64,000 nt of DNA from Candidatus Caldarchaeum sp. (GTDB taxonomy: Archaea > Thermoproteota > Nitrososphaeria_A > Caldarchaeales > Caldarchaeaceae), in contig JAVYLK010000001.1 of NCBI GenBank assembly GCA_038740895.1, positions 105,490 through 169,489 of the forward strand, written 5' to 3'. Below the pieces are notes generated by a model, which saw only the letters and a list, made by a program, of their open reading frames with translations, ran no database searches and was not told the origin of the DNA. This document shows positions 55,654-63,582 of the stretch, in pieces (within the stretch, counting starts at the first letter, position 1; the number at the start of each line of letters is the position of its first letter). The position numbers and the translations under genes are program-made.

Positions 55654-56971
55654 AGCTGGAAACGTAAGCAGCAAGCTTTTGCGGCATCTCGAGCGCTGCA
55701 GGCTCGGCGCTTCTCAACAGGTAGCTGGCGGAGGCCGTTGAAAGAAGCGGGTCGGCTCCGGCTCCAACAAACCAAGCCACCAAGGCTTGTGCGTAGGCGT
55801 GGTAGGCCTGCGTCAAAGGCCTTCCCATCCAGTTGAGGTAGGTTTTCGACCCGTTGGTCATCGAGTCCACCTCGCCCACGACGTATATGGGTGCCGCAAG
55901 CTTACGGCACAGCTCCTCGACGTCTTTCAGCAGCGTCTGATAAACCTGCCTCAGCTCGCCTGCGAGGGGTTTTTCGCTGAACAAGACGTAGACAGGGTTT
56001 AAGCCGGCTGTGGCTAGGTTGGAGACGACTACGGGCTGACTTCGGGGGAGGAACGGCTTTACGCTTGAAGGGTTTATGTCCCCGGCTAGGAGGACAGACC
56101 GTGAGGCGGCTACGGCGTAGCGAAGCTCAGGGTTCTCGACGAGCATGTCGAGGTTGCAGAAAGCTGTGAATCCTTTCAACGAAGTCAGGAACTCCCGCAC
56201 CCTCTCGTCAGGCCCCTTCTCGCCGAAGATGTAAGCTATCCTACCCGTGTAAAGCTTGTCCCTGCCGGCTTTCCTGACTAGAAGCTTCAACTGCCCGGGC
56301 CCGGCAACAACCCCCGCCTCGGCGGGTATTCCGATCCTCTCGACAACGGTCTTCTCCTGGATTCTTCGATGCACGGGCTTAGGCATGTGAAGAGCCACGA
56401 CTAGGTCGGGCTGGAAAAAAACCTCCCCCTCCCCCGTGTCGGGGTCGAGCCCCGTAGGTATGTCGACCGAGAGCTTGAAGGCTTTGGAGCTGTTGGCCAA
56501 GTCTACGGCAGTTTTCAAGACACCCGAAAGCCCTCCTCTAGCCCCAGTCCCTAGGATTGCGTCGACGATTACGTCAGCTTGGCTGAACGCCTCTACATGC
56601 TGCAGGAGCTCTTCAGTAGAGTCAACGCTGTCGAGCTTTATCGAGAGCTTCATGTTCCTCACCGTCTCGAAGTTTCGCCTAGACTCGTCTGTCTTTATCT
56701 TCGAAGGGTCTGCGAGAATCAAAACCTTCGTCTCAGCGCCCATGCCGGTGAGATGTCTCGCAGCAGCAAGCCCATCGCCGCCGTTGTTCCCGGGCCCGCA
56801 CAGTACGAGCACCTTCCTCCCCCCAACATCCTTCAAGACGTTAAGAACCGCCTCCGCCACAGCCCTTCCAGCGTTTTCCATCAAAACAACTCGCTTCAAC
56901 CCCATCCATTCACAGTTCTCGTCAACCACCGTCATCTCGTCAGAAGTAATTGTTCCAGACGCCGAAGCCAA
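55634..56971 (-). CDS. nnr: Bifunctional NAD(P)H-hydrate repair enzyme Nnr (YjeF-N epimerase plus ADP-dependent dehydratase)
   Basis: N-terminal YjeF_N motifs (LMENAGRAVAEAV; VLCGPGNNGGDGLAAARHL; DAILGTGARGG). C-terminal carbohydrate-kinase-like half. TTG start at 56971 is supported by a TATA box ~25 nt upstream; an alternative ATG is at 56935. Confidence 0.6.
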   Translation of the reverse strand: MASASGTITSDEMTVVDENCEWMGLKRVVLMENAGRAVAEAVLNVLKDVGGRKVLVLCGPGNNGGDGLAAARHLTGMGAETKVLILADPSKIKTDESRRNFETVRNMKLSIKLDSVDSTEELLQHVEAFSQADVIVDAILGTGARGGLSGVLKTAVDLANSSKAFKLSVDIPTGLDPDTGEGEVFFQPDLVVALHMPKPVHRRIQEKTVVERIGIPAEAGVVAGPGQLKLLVRKAGRDKLYTGRIAYIFGEKGPDERVREFLTSLKGFTAFCNLDMLVENPELRYAVAASRSVLLAGDINPSSVKPFLPRSQPVVVSNLATAGLNPVYVLFSEKPLAGELRQVYQTLLKDVEELCRKLAAPIYVVGEVDSMTNGSKTYLNWMGRPLTQAYHAYAQALVAWFVGAGADPLLSTASASYLLRSAEPAALEMPQKLAAYVSSSIEQYS

Positions 56972-56990
56972 ACCAACAACCCAGTCAGGA

Positions 56991-57003
56991 CATTTTTATA
57001 TAA
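56991..57003 (-). promoter_or_regulatory. TATA box for nnr (minus strand reads TTTATATAAAAATG)
   Basis: Centred ~25 nt upstream of the TTG at 56971, which supports a leaderless start there. Confidence 0.4.
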
Positions 57004-57074
57004 ACATTACAACGCCGAAACAACGACACATTACGCCGATATGCGTAGTCCACAACAGAACCATGCACCCAACA

Positions 57075-57340
57075 GCCCTAGGCCGGGGAGGCTTCCTTCT
57101 GCGGCAATAACCTCCAGCCACGGCTGGCGTAAAGACCTCCCCGGACGGGGATGGATATAATCACCGGCCTGCTGGAGTCCTGCTAGGAAGCTGTCTCAAG
57201 TTCTCCGTCGGGCTCCTTTCAGCATCGTTCCCTTCAAGTCGCCTTTATGCCTTCACAGCCGAATTACTTCACAGTTAGTCAGGGCAGCCCTGTCTGCGGA
57301 CGGAGCTAACCTAGGATGCTCGAAGAGCCTCGCTGCGGAA
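57075..57340. ncRNA. Candidate structured ncRNA (SRP/7S RNA or RNase P RNA?), identity and strand unresolved
   Basis: A ~375-nt gene-free, GC-rich interval between nnr and tRNA-Met. It contains perfect local helices (CCGGGGAGG at ~57083 pairs with CCTCCCCGG at ~57148; hairpin CCAGCC-AC-GGCTGG at ~57113). SRP-like GGAAGC/AGAAGGAAGC elements and an RNase-P-like TCGGGCTCC are present. Confidence 0.25.
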
Positions 57341-57346
57341 ACCCTG

Positions 57347-57421
57347 TGGGCCCGGTGGGATTCGAACCCACGGCCACCAGGTTATGAGCCTGGCGCTCTG
57401 ACCTGGCTGAGCTACGGGCCC
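57347..57421 (-). tRNA. tRNA-Met or tRNA-Ile2 (anticodon CAU), elongator type, no encoded CCA
   Basis: Reverse complement reads GGGCCCG-UA-GCUCAGCCAGGUCAGAGC-G-CCAGG-CUCAUAA-CCUGG-UGGCC-GUGGGUUCGAAUCCCAC-CGGGCCC-A. Full cloverleaf with a 7/7 acceptor stem and U33. The anticodon stem has A29-U41, so it is not an initiator. Confidence 0.85.
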
Positions 57422-57442
57422 TCGTCGTACTTGATCGTTGAA

Positions 57443-57455
57443 GGTGTTTTTATGT
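57443..57455 (-). promoter_or_regulatory. TATA-like box (minus strand reads ATAAAAACAC) upstream of tRNA-Met
   Basis: Lies 23-32 nt upstream of the tRNA 5' end at 57421. Confidence 0.4.
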
Positions 57456-57507
57456 CTGATGGTTGGATGGGTTATCGTTATATTGTAGACCGTTTAACGG
57501 ACTATGA

Positions 57508-57939
57508 GTGGAATTGGTTCGGCAGGTCGATTATTCGCCTAAGCCCATCGACCCAGACTTTCTCAAGAAGCCTGATGAATTTCCTTTGACCGGCACGCAC
57601 AACGGACACGAGGTCAGGGCTGAGGGGTTGACGAGGCTCGACGCAAACGGCAACCCGTATCCGACGAAGCTAGGGATTCACGGGAAGATCGTGGCAGTTG
57701 ACTGGGAAGCCTGCATCGCTGACGGCATCTGCATGGACGTGTGCCCTGTGAACGTCTTCGAATGGGCTCTGAACCCGGGAAGGTCTGGGACTGGCAACGA
57801 CCTCTACCCAGTAGAGGGTGAGTTGTACGAAAAATACAGGACGGACAAGTCGGAGCCCATAAGGGAGGCTGACTGTATCTTCTGCATGGCTTGCGAAGCA
57901 TCCTGTCCAACCAAAGCTATAAAAATAAATCCTCCCTAA
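57508..57939 (+). CDS. Zinc-containing 7Fe ferredoxin (Sulfolobus type) with extended N-terminus
   Basis: C-terminal 100 aa align nearly residue-for-residue with Sulfolobus Zn-ferredoxin: HNGHEV / LGIHGKIV (zinc His ligands), CIADGICMDVCPVNVF and CIFCMACEASCP cluster motifs, terminal INPP. GTG start at 57508; the true start may be downstream. Confidence 0.8.
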   Translation: MELVRQVDYSPKPIDPDFLKKPDEFPLTGTHNGHEVRAEGLTRLDANGNPYPTKLGIHGKIVAVDWEACIADGICMDVCPVNVFEWALNPGRSGTGNDLYPVEGELYEKYRTDKSEPIREADCIFCMACEASCPTKAIKINPP

Positions 57940-57973
57940 ACGCTTAACAACCTCCTATCAACAACCTCTATTT

Positions 57974-58669
57974 TTGATGAAGCTGGTTTTCTCTGAGGAA
58001 GTCTCTTCAGCGTTCAAGGGCCTCGGCGTGTTGTTGCTGGAGTTCAGCGGCGTATCTCAGGGCAGGGAGGCCATCGAGCTGGACGCCTTCGTCGAGGACG
58101 CCGTTGAGGACGTTAGGAGGAAGTTCAGCCTGGAGACTCTAACTCAAAACCCGATGGTGAGAGCCTACAGGGACTTTTTCTGGAGGATTGGAGTGGACCC
58201 GACCAAGACGAGGCCTTCGGCTGAGGCTCTTCTTCGAAGAGTGCTTCAGGGCAAGGCCTTCCCGCGAGTCAACGTTCTGGTGGACGTCTACAACGTGGTC
58301 TCTATGAAACAAGTCGTTCCCATAGCCGCCTACGACACCGAAAAAATCTCGGGAGAACTTTTTATGCGCTTCGCCAGAGAAGGCGAGTCTTTCCACGGCA
58401 TAGGCATGGACAGACGGTATAACCTTTCAGGCAGAGAGCTCGTCGTCCAAGACGGTCAGAAACTGTTGGCGGTTTACCCTTACAGGGATGCAGAGACAAC
58501 TAAGGTCTCTGAACACAGCCGGAAAATTCTGTTCATGGTCTGCGGCGTTCCCGCCATAGAGACGAGCTACCTACATGAGACATCGTCCATCCTTGCTGAA
58601 GCCGTTAAGAAGTTCTGTGGAGGAGTATGTATATCCGAGGAGTTGGCTATCGCCGGGGGTGGGATTTGA
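57974..58669 (+). CDS. B3/B4 tRNA-binding domain protein
   Basis: 231 aa. MVRAYRDFFWRIGVDPTKTRPSAEALLRRVLQGKAFPRVNVLVDVYNVV matches the B3/4 domain (PheT-like / YtpR-like). The 3' end overlaps the opposite-strand tRNA-Ser by 18 nt. Confidence 0.6.
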   Translation: MMKLVFSEEVSSAFKGLGVLLLEFSGVSQGREAIELDAFVEDAVEDVRRKFSLETLTQNPMVRAYRDFFWRIGVDPTKTRPSAEALLRRVLQGKAFPRVNVLVDVYNVVSMKQVVPIAAYDTEKISGELFMRFAREGESFHGIGMDRRYNLSGRELVVQDGQKLLAVYPYRDAETTKVSEHSRKILFMVCGVPAIETSYLHETSSILAEAVKKFCGGVCISEELAIAGGGI

Positions 58670-58759
58670 ACCCACGCGGCCCGGAAAGGCCACCGGCTGT
58701 CCTGACCAGCTGCTGCATGATCTCGAGGCCGGCCCACTACCTGGCTGTGGGACCCCGGC
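58651..58759 (-). tRNA. tRNA-Ser (anticodon CGA) with a 23-nt intron after position 37 and a long variable arm
   Basis: Reverse complement reads GCCGGGG (acceptor), D-arm, anticodon stem CCGGC, loop CUCGAG, intron AUCAUGCAGCAGCUGGUCAGGAC, then A-GCCGG, variable arm GGCCUUUCCGGGCC, T-arm GUGGGUUCAAAUCCCAC, CCCCGGC-G. Stems pair perfectly. Long variable arm is typical of Ser. Confidence 0.75.
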
Positions 58760-58796
58760 TTCTGATGCTGTTCTGGAATTCGTTGTATTAAGTTTG

Positions 58797-59747
58797 TCAG
58801 ACATAGTCCGAACGGTTTACGATGTTGTGGGGCTTTTCTCCTCTGAAGTACCGGACTAGGTTTTCGACGGCGTGCTTCTTCATCCTAGTTAGGACTTCGG
58901 GGTTTCCGAAAGCTCCAGCAACCCAGGGAGTGCCCATGAAGTTGGGTTGTTCAAAGAGCTCGGTTTCCCAAGGCTCGTTCATCTTGACGCTCCACCAGAC
59001 GTCGGTGGCTACGCAGGCGTCGGGGTTTTCCTTCATGTAGGCCATCAAGTCGTTCCTGTCTATCAGCTCTGCCCTTCCCACGTTAACCACTACGGCGTTC
59101 TTCTTCAGCAGACGCATCCTCCGGAGGTTGATCATACCACGGGTCTGTTTCGTCAGCGGAGCCGCTAGCACGACAAAATCACTTCCTGCCAAAATCTCGT
59201 CCAGCCTTTCGGGGCCTACAACCATGTCTACTACTGCGGGAGAGGAGCCTGAACGAGTGACCCCGACTACACGCATGCCGAAAGCCTTGCCGATCTCCGC
59301 CACCCTCCTGCCTATCTCACCCATCCCCACCACCGACAAGGTTTTGCCTCCGAGAAGAATAGTCTTCACGTCCTGCCGGAAGTCCCCCTTCCTCGTCCTA
59401 GGCAGGTATACGTGGAGTTTTTTGGCCGCCGCCAGAAGCAGAGCCCAAGCATGCTCCGCAACTGCCTCGGCGTTGGAGCCCATGTTCCCGCAAACAATCA
59501 CGTGTTCGGGGATCGAAGCCCAAGGCAGGAAGTCGACGCCTGCCGACAAAGCCTGGATAAGCTTCAGGCTCGTGAGCTTTCTCAGCTCTGAATCACTCAT
59601 CTGTACACACAGGACAGCCTCGGCCTGCTGTTTGGCAGTCTCTACACCCTCGCTGGAAGGAGTGTAAACGTCAGCGTACGCCCTCAGCCCCGAAACGTCG
59701 ACATCATCTAGCTCGACGTACGACACTACAGATGGTTTCCGCCTCAA
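58797..59747 (-). CDS. D-isomer-specific 2-hydroxyacid dehydrogenase family protein (glyoxylate/hydroxypyruvate reductase-like)
   Basis: 316 aa. NAD fold GKTLSVVGMGEIGRRVAEIGKAFGMRV. Catalytic R/E/H region near the C-terminus. Confidence 0.75.
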   Translation of the reverse strand: MRRKPSVVSYVELDDVDVSGLRAYADVYTPSSEGVETAKQQAEAVLCVQMSDSELRKLTSLKLIQALSAGVDFLPWASIPEHVIVCGNMGSNAEAVAEHAWALLLAAAKKLHVYLPRTRKGDFRQDVKTILLGGKTLSVVGMGEIGRRVAEIGKAFGMRVVGVTRSGSSPAVVDMVVGPERLDEILAGSDFVVLAAPLTKQTRGMINLRRMRLLKKNAVVVNVGRAELIDRNDLMAYMKENPDACVATDVWWSVKMNEPWETELFEQPNFMGTPWVAGAFGNPEVLTRMKKHAVENLVRYFRGEKPHNIVNRSDYV

Positions 59748-60286
59748 CCGCTAAATGTGTCTTCGGGAGCCGGGTAATAAACCTCAGTCACCAACTTTCT
59801 CGAGCAGTAGATACAGTATACTACTGTCTTAGCGCACTCCATGTGGTATACGGCGCCGCAGCTGCATTCGAGCACTACGTCGGTTTCTGCCTCGGGCGTT
59901 GATGCGAGTAGGGGTTTGAGCTGCTTGCCGCAGTAGCTGCACATCCTCGAGAGCGCCAACACGTCTCTGACTGTGAATATGCCGACAACCCTGTTCCCCT
60001 CCGTAACAACGACTCTCCTAACCTTCTTCCTGTTCATCAAGTCCACGGCTTCGAGCAGAGACGCTTCTATGTCTATCGTGAGAAGGGGAGCGCTCATCAC
60101 GTCTTTGACGAGGGTCTTCGAGGGGTCGAGGTTTTTGGCAACGACCCTGGACACTATGTCCCTCTCGGTGACGAGTCCGAAGGGCACGCCGTTGAGCGAC
60201 ACGACTAGCCCGCTTACCTTTCTGTCGGTCATCATCTTAGCGGCTTCGAGGACTGTTGCATTCCCGTCGATAGATATTATCTGCAT
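59744..60286 (-). CDS. CBS-domain pair protein with C-terminal zinc ribbon
   Basis: Two CBS motifs (VRDVVRMQIISIDGNATVLEAAKMM...; VKDVMSAPLLTIDIEASLLEAVDLM...). C-terminal CSYCG...CSCG...C..YC...C cluster. Start placed at Met 60286; the upstream ORF-track extension would collide with the divergent gene. Confidence 0.6.
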   Translation of the reverse strand: MQIISIDGNATVLEAAKMMTDRKVSGLVVSLNGVPFGLVTERDIVSRVVAKNLDPSKTLVKDVMSAPLLTIDIEASLLEAVDLMNRKKVRRVVVTEGNRVVGIFTVRDVLALSRMCSYCGKQLKPLLASTPEAETDVVLECSCGAVYHMECAKTVVYCIYCSRKLVTEVYYPAPEDTFSG

Positions 60287-60370
60287 CCGCACAACGTCCC
60301 TTACCTTAGCACCCGGCCACAACGGTAGGAAAACGTTATGCTGGCTAAAAAGCGTTAAAACGGGGAAACG

Positions 60371-61051
60371 TTGAAATATTCCGGACAGGTTTTCAGGCTG
60401 ATGCGTCTTCTCCAGATCTCGGACGTTCACGGTAGCCTTGAAGCAGTCTCGAAGGCTGTCGCAATGTCTAACGGATGCGACGCCGTTCTGGTGGTGGGGG
60501 ACATCACCCACTTCGGCGGAGTCCCCCAAGCGGAGCCTCTGCTGCAGAAACTGGCCGGCAGCGGGCTTAAGGTCTACTTCGTCGCAGGCAACTGCGACCA
60601 TCCAGCTCTCCTGACGTGGGAGCCGTCAAATCCAAACATAGTAAACCTTCACCTCAGGACTGAAAAGTTTGAAGGCATGGAGCTGGTCGGGCTTGGGGGT
60701 GGAAACCTGTCCCCCTTCAACACTTTGATCGAGTTCAACGAGGATGAGATTAGTTCGATGCTCTCGGGCCTTAAGCTGTCCACCGAACGCTTTATCTTGG
60801 TCAGCCACACACCGCCCTACGGAGCCGACGCCGACGTAGCACGTGGAAGGCATCTGGGAAGCACGGCCGTGAGGAAGTTTGTGGAGGAGAAAAAGCCTGT
60901 TGCAGTATGCTGCGGACACATTCACGAAGCGAGGTCGGTGTCTTTCATAGGTCGTACCGTGGTTGTCAACGCCGGCCCTGCGAGGGATGGTTTCTGCGCA
61001 TACCTAAACATTTCAGGTCCCGAGGTTTCGGCCGAGCTTCAACGTCTGTAA
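60371..61051 (+). CDS. Calcineurin-like metallophosphoesterase
   Basis: MRLLQISDVHGSLEA...VVGDITHFGG and a later GNCDHP motif (D-x-H / GD / GNHD-like). Confidence 0.7.
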   Translation: MKYSGQVFRLMRLLQISDVHGSLEAVSKAVAMSNGCDAVLVVGDITHFGGVPQAEPLLQKLAGSGLKVYFVAGNCDHPALLTWEPSNPNIVNLHLRTEKFEGMELVGLGGGNLSPFNTLIEFNEDEISSMLSGLKLSTERFILVSHTPPYGADADVARGRHLGSTAVRKFVEEKKPVAVCCGHIHEARSVSFIGRTVVVNAGPARDGFCAYLNISGPEVSAELQRL

Positions 61052-61061
61052 GGCGTGGGAC

Positions 61062-61847
61062 ATGACAAGGTATGTCGTTGAGGTCATCAACGTGGGCAAC
61101 GAGCTGTTAGACGGAAGGACGATCAACACAAACCTCAACTGGGTCTGCGGAAGGCTCAGCCAGCTTGGCTACACGGTATCCAGGGCCGTGGTCGTGAGGG
61201 ACAGCATCAAAGACATAACGGCTGCTTTGAGGGAGGCTCTACGACGGAGGCCGGGATGGGTCTTCATGACGGGAGGTCTAGGGCCAACGCATGACGACAA
61301 GACCCTCCAAGCTGTCGCTAGGGCTATTGGAGGACGTCTAGTCCTACGTAGAGACGTCGTGGAGACTATCAGGCAGAGATACCTCAAGCTCGCCGAGAGA
61401 GGCTTGATCAAGGAGCCTATTCTCACCAAGGAGAGGCTCAAGATGGCTAGGCTGCCGGAAGGGTCGACGCCGTTGAGGAATTTTGAGGGAGCGGCTCCCG
61501 GCGTGTTGGTCGAGTACCGTGGGGTGAGAGTCGTCTGCCTGCCTGGCGTTCCGAGGGAGTTGACTTCGATTTTCGACAACGAGGTGGCCCCAATACTGGA
61601 GAAGGAGGCCCGGGGTAGGGGGTTCATCGTGGAGAACGTTGAGGTGAGGGGAGTGGTCGAGTCCAAGCTCGCTCCTCTGCTTGTTAAAACCATGAAGAAG
61701 TTTCCTAAGATATATCTGAAGAGCAACCCGAAAGGCGTCGACAACGGTCCTCTCGTGGTGGTTGACTTTATAGCTGAAAAAAGTCACAGGAGCCAGCTGG
61801 AGGATGCGATGAAGTACTTCAAAGAGGCTTTGAAGGGGATGGATTAG
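61062..61847 (+). CDS. MoCF-biosynthesis (MoaB/MogA/CinA N-terminal-like) domain protein
   Basis: 261 aa. EVINVGNELLDGRTINTN...VFMTGGLGPTHDDKT matches the molybdopterin-binding / CinA N-domain signature. Confidence 0.6.
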   Translation: MTRYVVEVINVGNELLDGRTINTNLNWVCGRLSQLGYTVSRAVVVRDSIKDITAALREALRRRPGWVFMTGGLGPTHDDKTLQAVARAIGGRLVLRRDVVETIRQRYLKLAERGLIKEPILTKERLKMARLPEGSTPLRNFEGAAPGVLVEYRGVRVVCLPGVPRELTSIFDNEVAPILEKEARGRGFIVENVEVRGVVESKLAPLLVKTMKKFPKIYLKSNPKGVDNGPLVVVDFIAEKSHRSQLEDAMKYFKEALKGMD

Positions 61848-61850
61848 GCT

Positions 61851-62867
61851 TTGGATTGGATGGACGAGCTTATCGGCAAGGCTTGGCGCTATGTCCTCTC
61901 GTCTCCTGAAATGTACAGACGCGGGCTTGAGAATGGCTTAAGGCTGGCGGGGCCCTGGGCAGAAGGCTTCCGGAAAGTCTTGATCCTGGGGGTGGGAGGT
62001 TCCGGGATGGTCGGGGACATCGTGGCCAGCTTGAGACAGCCGGAAGGAGTGTTGACGGTTCAGTATGTGAAAGACGCCAAAACACCGGCTTCGACGGGGC
62101 CTGACACTTTAACCGTAGCCGTAAGCTACTCGGGCAACACCGCCGAAACGCTCCAAGCCGCCGTCGACGCTCTCTCCAAAGGCGCGACGGTCGTGGGCGT
62201 GTCCTCGGGTGGTCGACTAACTTCATTCCTCCAGTCTAGAGGTCTCAGGGTTGTGGGGGTTTCGGAGGGTCTGGAGCCAAGGTATGCCGTGCCTGAGATG
62301 GTGGGCGTTGTCTACGGAATCCTGTCCGCATTCCAAGGCTTCTCCCAGGAGGTTTTTCTAGAAGCCGTCGACGACCTAGAAGACTTCCTAGGCTTGTTTA
62401 GAGAGTTTGGCGACAACTACGCGATGCAAATCGCCTCCACACTCCCAGACAGGACTGTGGTTGTGCTGTCGTCTGAGATCCTCAGGCCCGCCGCCCACCG
62501 GCTTAAGACCCAGCTCAACGAAAACGCCAAACACAGGGCTTACACGGCTTTCTTGCCCGAAGCTTGCCACAACGAGGTTGAAACATGGTCGGATACGGAA
62601 CGCTTCGCCTACGTCATGCAGCGGAGCGTCTACGAACTAGCCGTCCACGCCGACGCATTCGCATGGATGAAAAGCTATCTAGTCGATAGGGGAGCCGTAT
62701 GCCATGACGTCCTAATCGAGTCAAGAACACGCGCTTCGGAGGTTTTGAAGCATGTGGCGTTATCAGACATGGTGAGCGTCTGTTTAGCTGGCCTCAAGAA
62801 AGTCGACCCATTCAAGCTTAGCATCATTCCGTTGCTCAGGCCCGTTCTGCGGAGACATCTTCCCTGA
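61851..62867 (+). CDS. Bifunctional phosphoglucose/phosphomannose isomerase (SIS-domain, crenarchaeal PGI/PMI type)
   Basis: 338 aa. SIS motif VLILGVGGSGMVGDIVASL and a second SIS-like half. Length matches the Aeropyrum/Pyrobaculum PGI/PMI family. Confidence 0.55.
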   Translation: MDWMDELIGKAWRYVLSSPEMYRRGLENGLRLAGPWAEGFRKVLILGVGGSGMVGDIVASLRQPEGVLTVQYVKDAKTPASTGPDTLTVAVSYSGNTAETLQAAVDALSKGATVVGVSSGGRLTSFLQSRGLRVVGVSEGLEPRYAVPEMVGVVYGILSAFQGFSQEVFLEAVDDLEDFLGLFREFGDNYAMQIASTLPDRTVVVLSSEILRPAAHRLKTQLNENAKHRAYTAFLPEACHNEVETWSDTERFAYVMQRSVYELAVHADAFAWMKSYLVDRGAVCHDVLIESRTRASEVLKHVALSDMVSVCLAGLKKVDPFKLSIIPLLRPVLRRHLP

Positions 62868-63582
62868 GTTCAGAGAGTAAAGGTATTGCCCTGACCTTCT
62901 CGTCCGGCAGCATGTTCCAGAAGATACGTTCGGGCTTCTTGTTCTTCGGGCAGACGATAGTTTTCGTGTTTGTGTGGATGAAGTCGACTGGAAGGTCGTA
63001 GGGCTCCGAAGGTATATGGTCTACGACTTGGGCGTCGTGGACCGTGGTCACGACCGGAGTTCGCTCGCTTACCTTTCCAAGCATCCGTAGCAAGGCGTAC
63101 TCTATCTCCGAATAGCCTTCACCCTTTCCAACACGCCATCCTTCCGGCGACACAGCCACGCTTCCCGCCACGACGAAGTCTATGTGCGGAAGGTCTCGAG
63201 GATTCGTCTTCAACCCATGCCTGAAGGCTCCCGAGATAGTGGCCGCCTTAGCTAGGCTTTTCCCTGGAATCCTTCGCGGGTCTAGGACCAGAAAGCCCTG
63301 GGAGATCCTCGGCGTTGGGAAGACAAGCACCTTCCCGTCCTCCAAGACTCGACGCCTAACCGGGGCCTGGGGAGCGTCGGGGTTGACCTTCACGCAGAGG
63401 GCCCGTCGATATTCGTCCGAGGCAGCCAGCCGTGCAGCGGCCTCTTTCGCTCCCAGAAAGTTGGGGATTCGGCCGTTCACGGGTCTGGGAAACGCAGCCA
63501 GGCCCTCTTCCTCAAGCCTCCGCCAAACCCGCTCCCTAATTTCTTGCTTGAGAAGACTTGAACGCTCTGACAAGCTCCTCAT
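62836..63582 (-). CDS. 5-formyltetrahydrofolate cyclo-ligase family protein
   Basis: 248 aa. NGRIPNFLGAKEAAARL and VVAGSVAVSPEGWRVGKGEGYSEIEYALL (G-x-G-YYD-like). Confidence 0.65.
   Translation of the reverse strand: MRSLSERSSLLKQEIRERVWRRLEEEGLAAFPRPVNGRIPNFLGAKEAAARLAASDEYRRALCVKVNPDAPQAPVRRRVLEDGKVLVFPTPRISQGFLVLDPRRIPGKSLAKAATISGAFRHGLKTNPRDLPHIDFVVAGSVAVSPEGWRVGKGEGYSEIEYALLRMLGKVSERTPVVTTVHDAQVVDHIPSEPYDLPVDFIHTNTKTIVCPKNKKPERIFWNMLPDEKVRAIPLLSELREDVSAERA

Noticed and set aside
56436-57160. Two plus-strand ORFs (224 and 193 aa) running through the nnr gene and the structured intergenic region
   Set aside because: They are antisense to nnr for most of their length, Ser/Pro/Thr-rich, and extend into a region better explained as structured RNA.
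57075-57340. Confident assignment of the structured interval as SRP RNA
   Set aside because: SRP-like (GGAAGC, AGAAGGAAGC) and RNase-P-like (TCGGGCTCC) fragments are both present, but neither the helix-8 GNRA/GGAA apex nor a complete P4 pairing could be reconstructed by eye. It is kept only as an unassigned ncRNA candidate.
59744-60601. 285-aa extended version of the CBS-domain gene
   Set aside because: The first 105 codons would overlap the divergent metallophosphoesterase gene by ~230 nt and contain no CBS sequence. The internal Met at 60286 gives a standard CBS pair.
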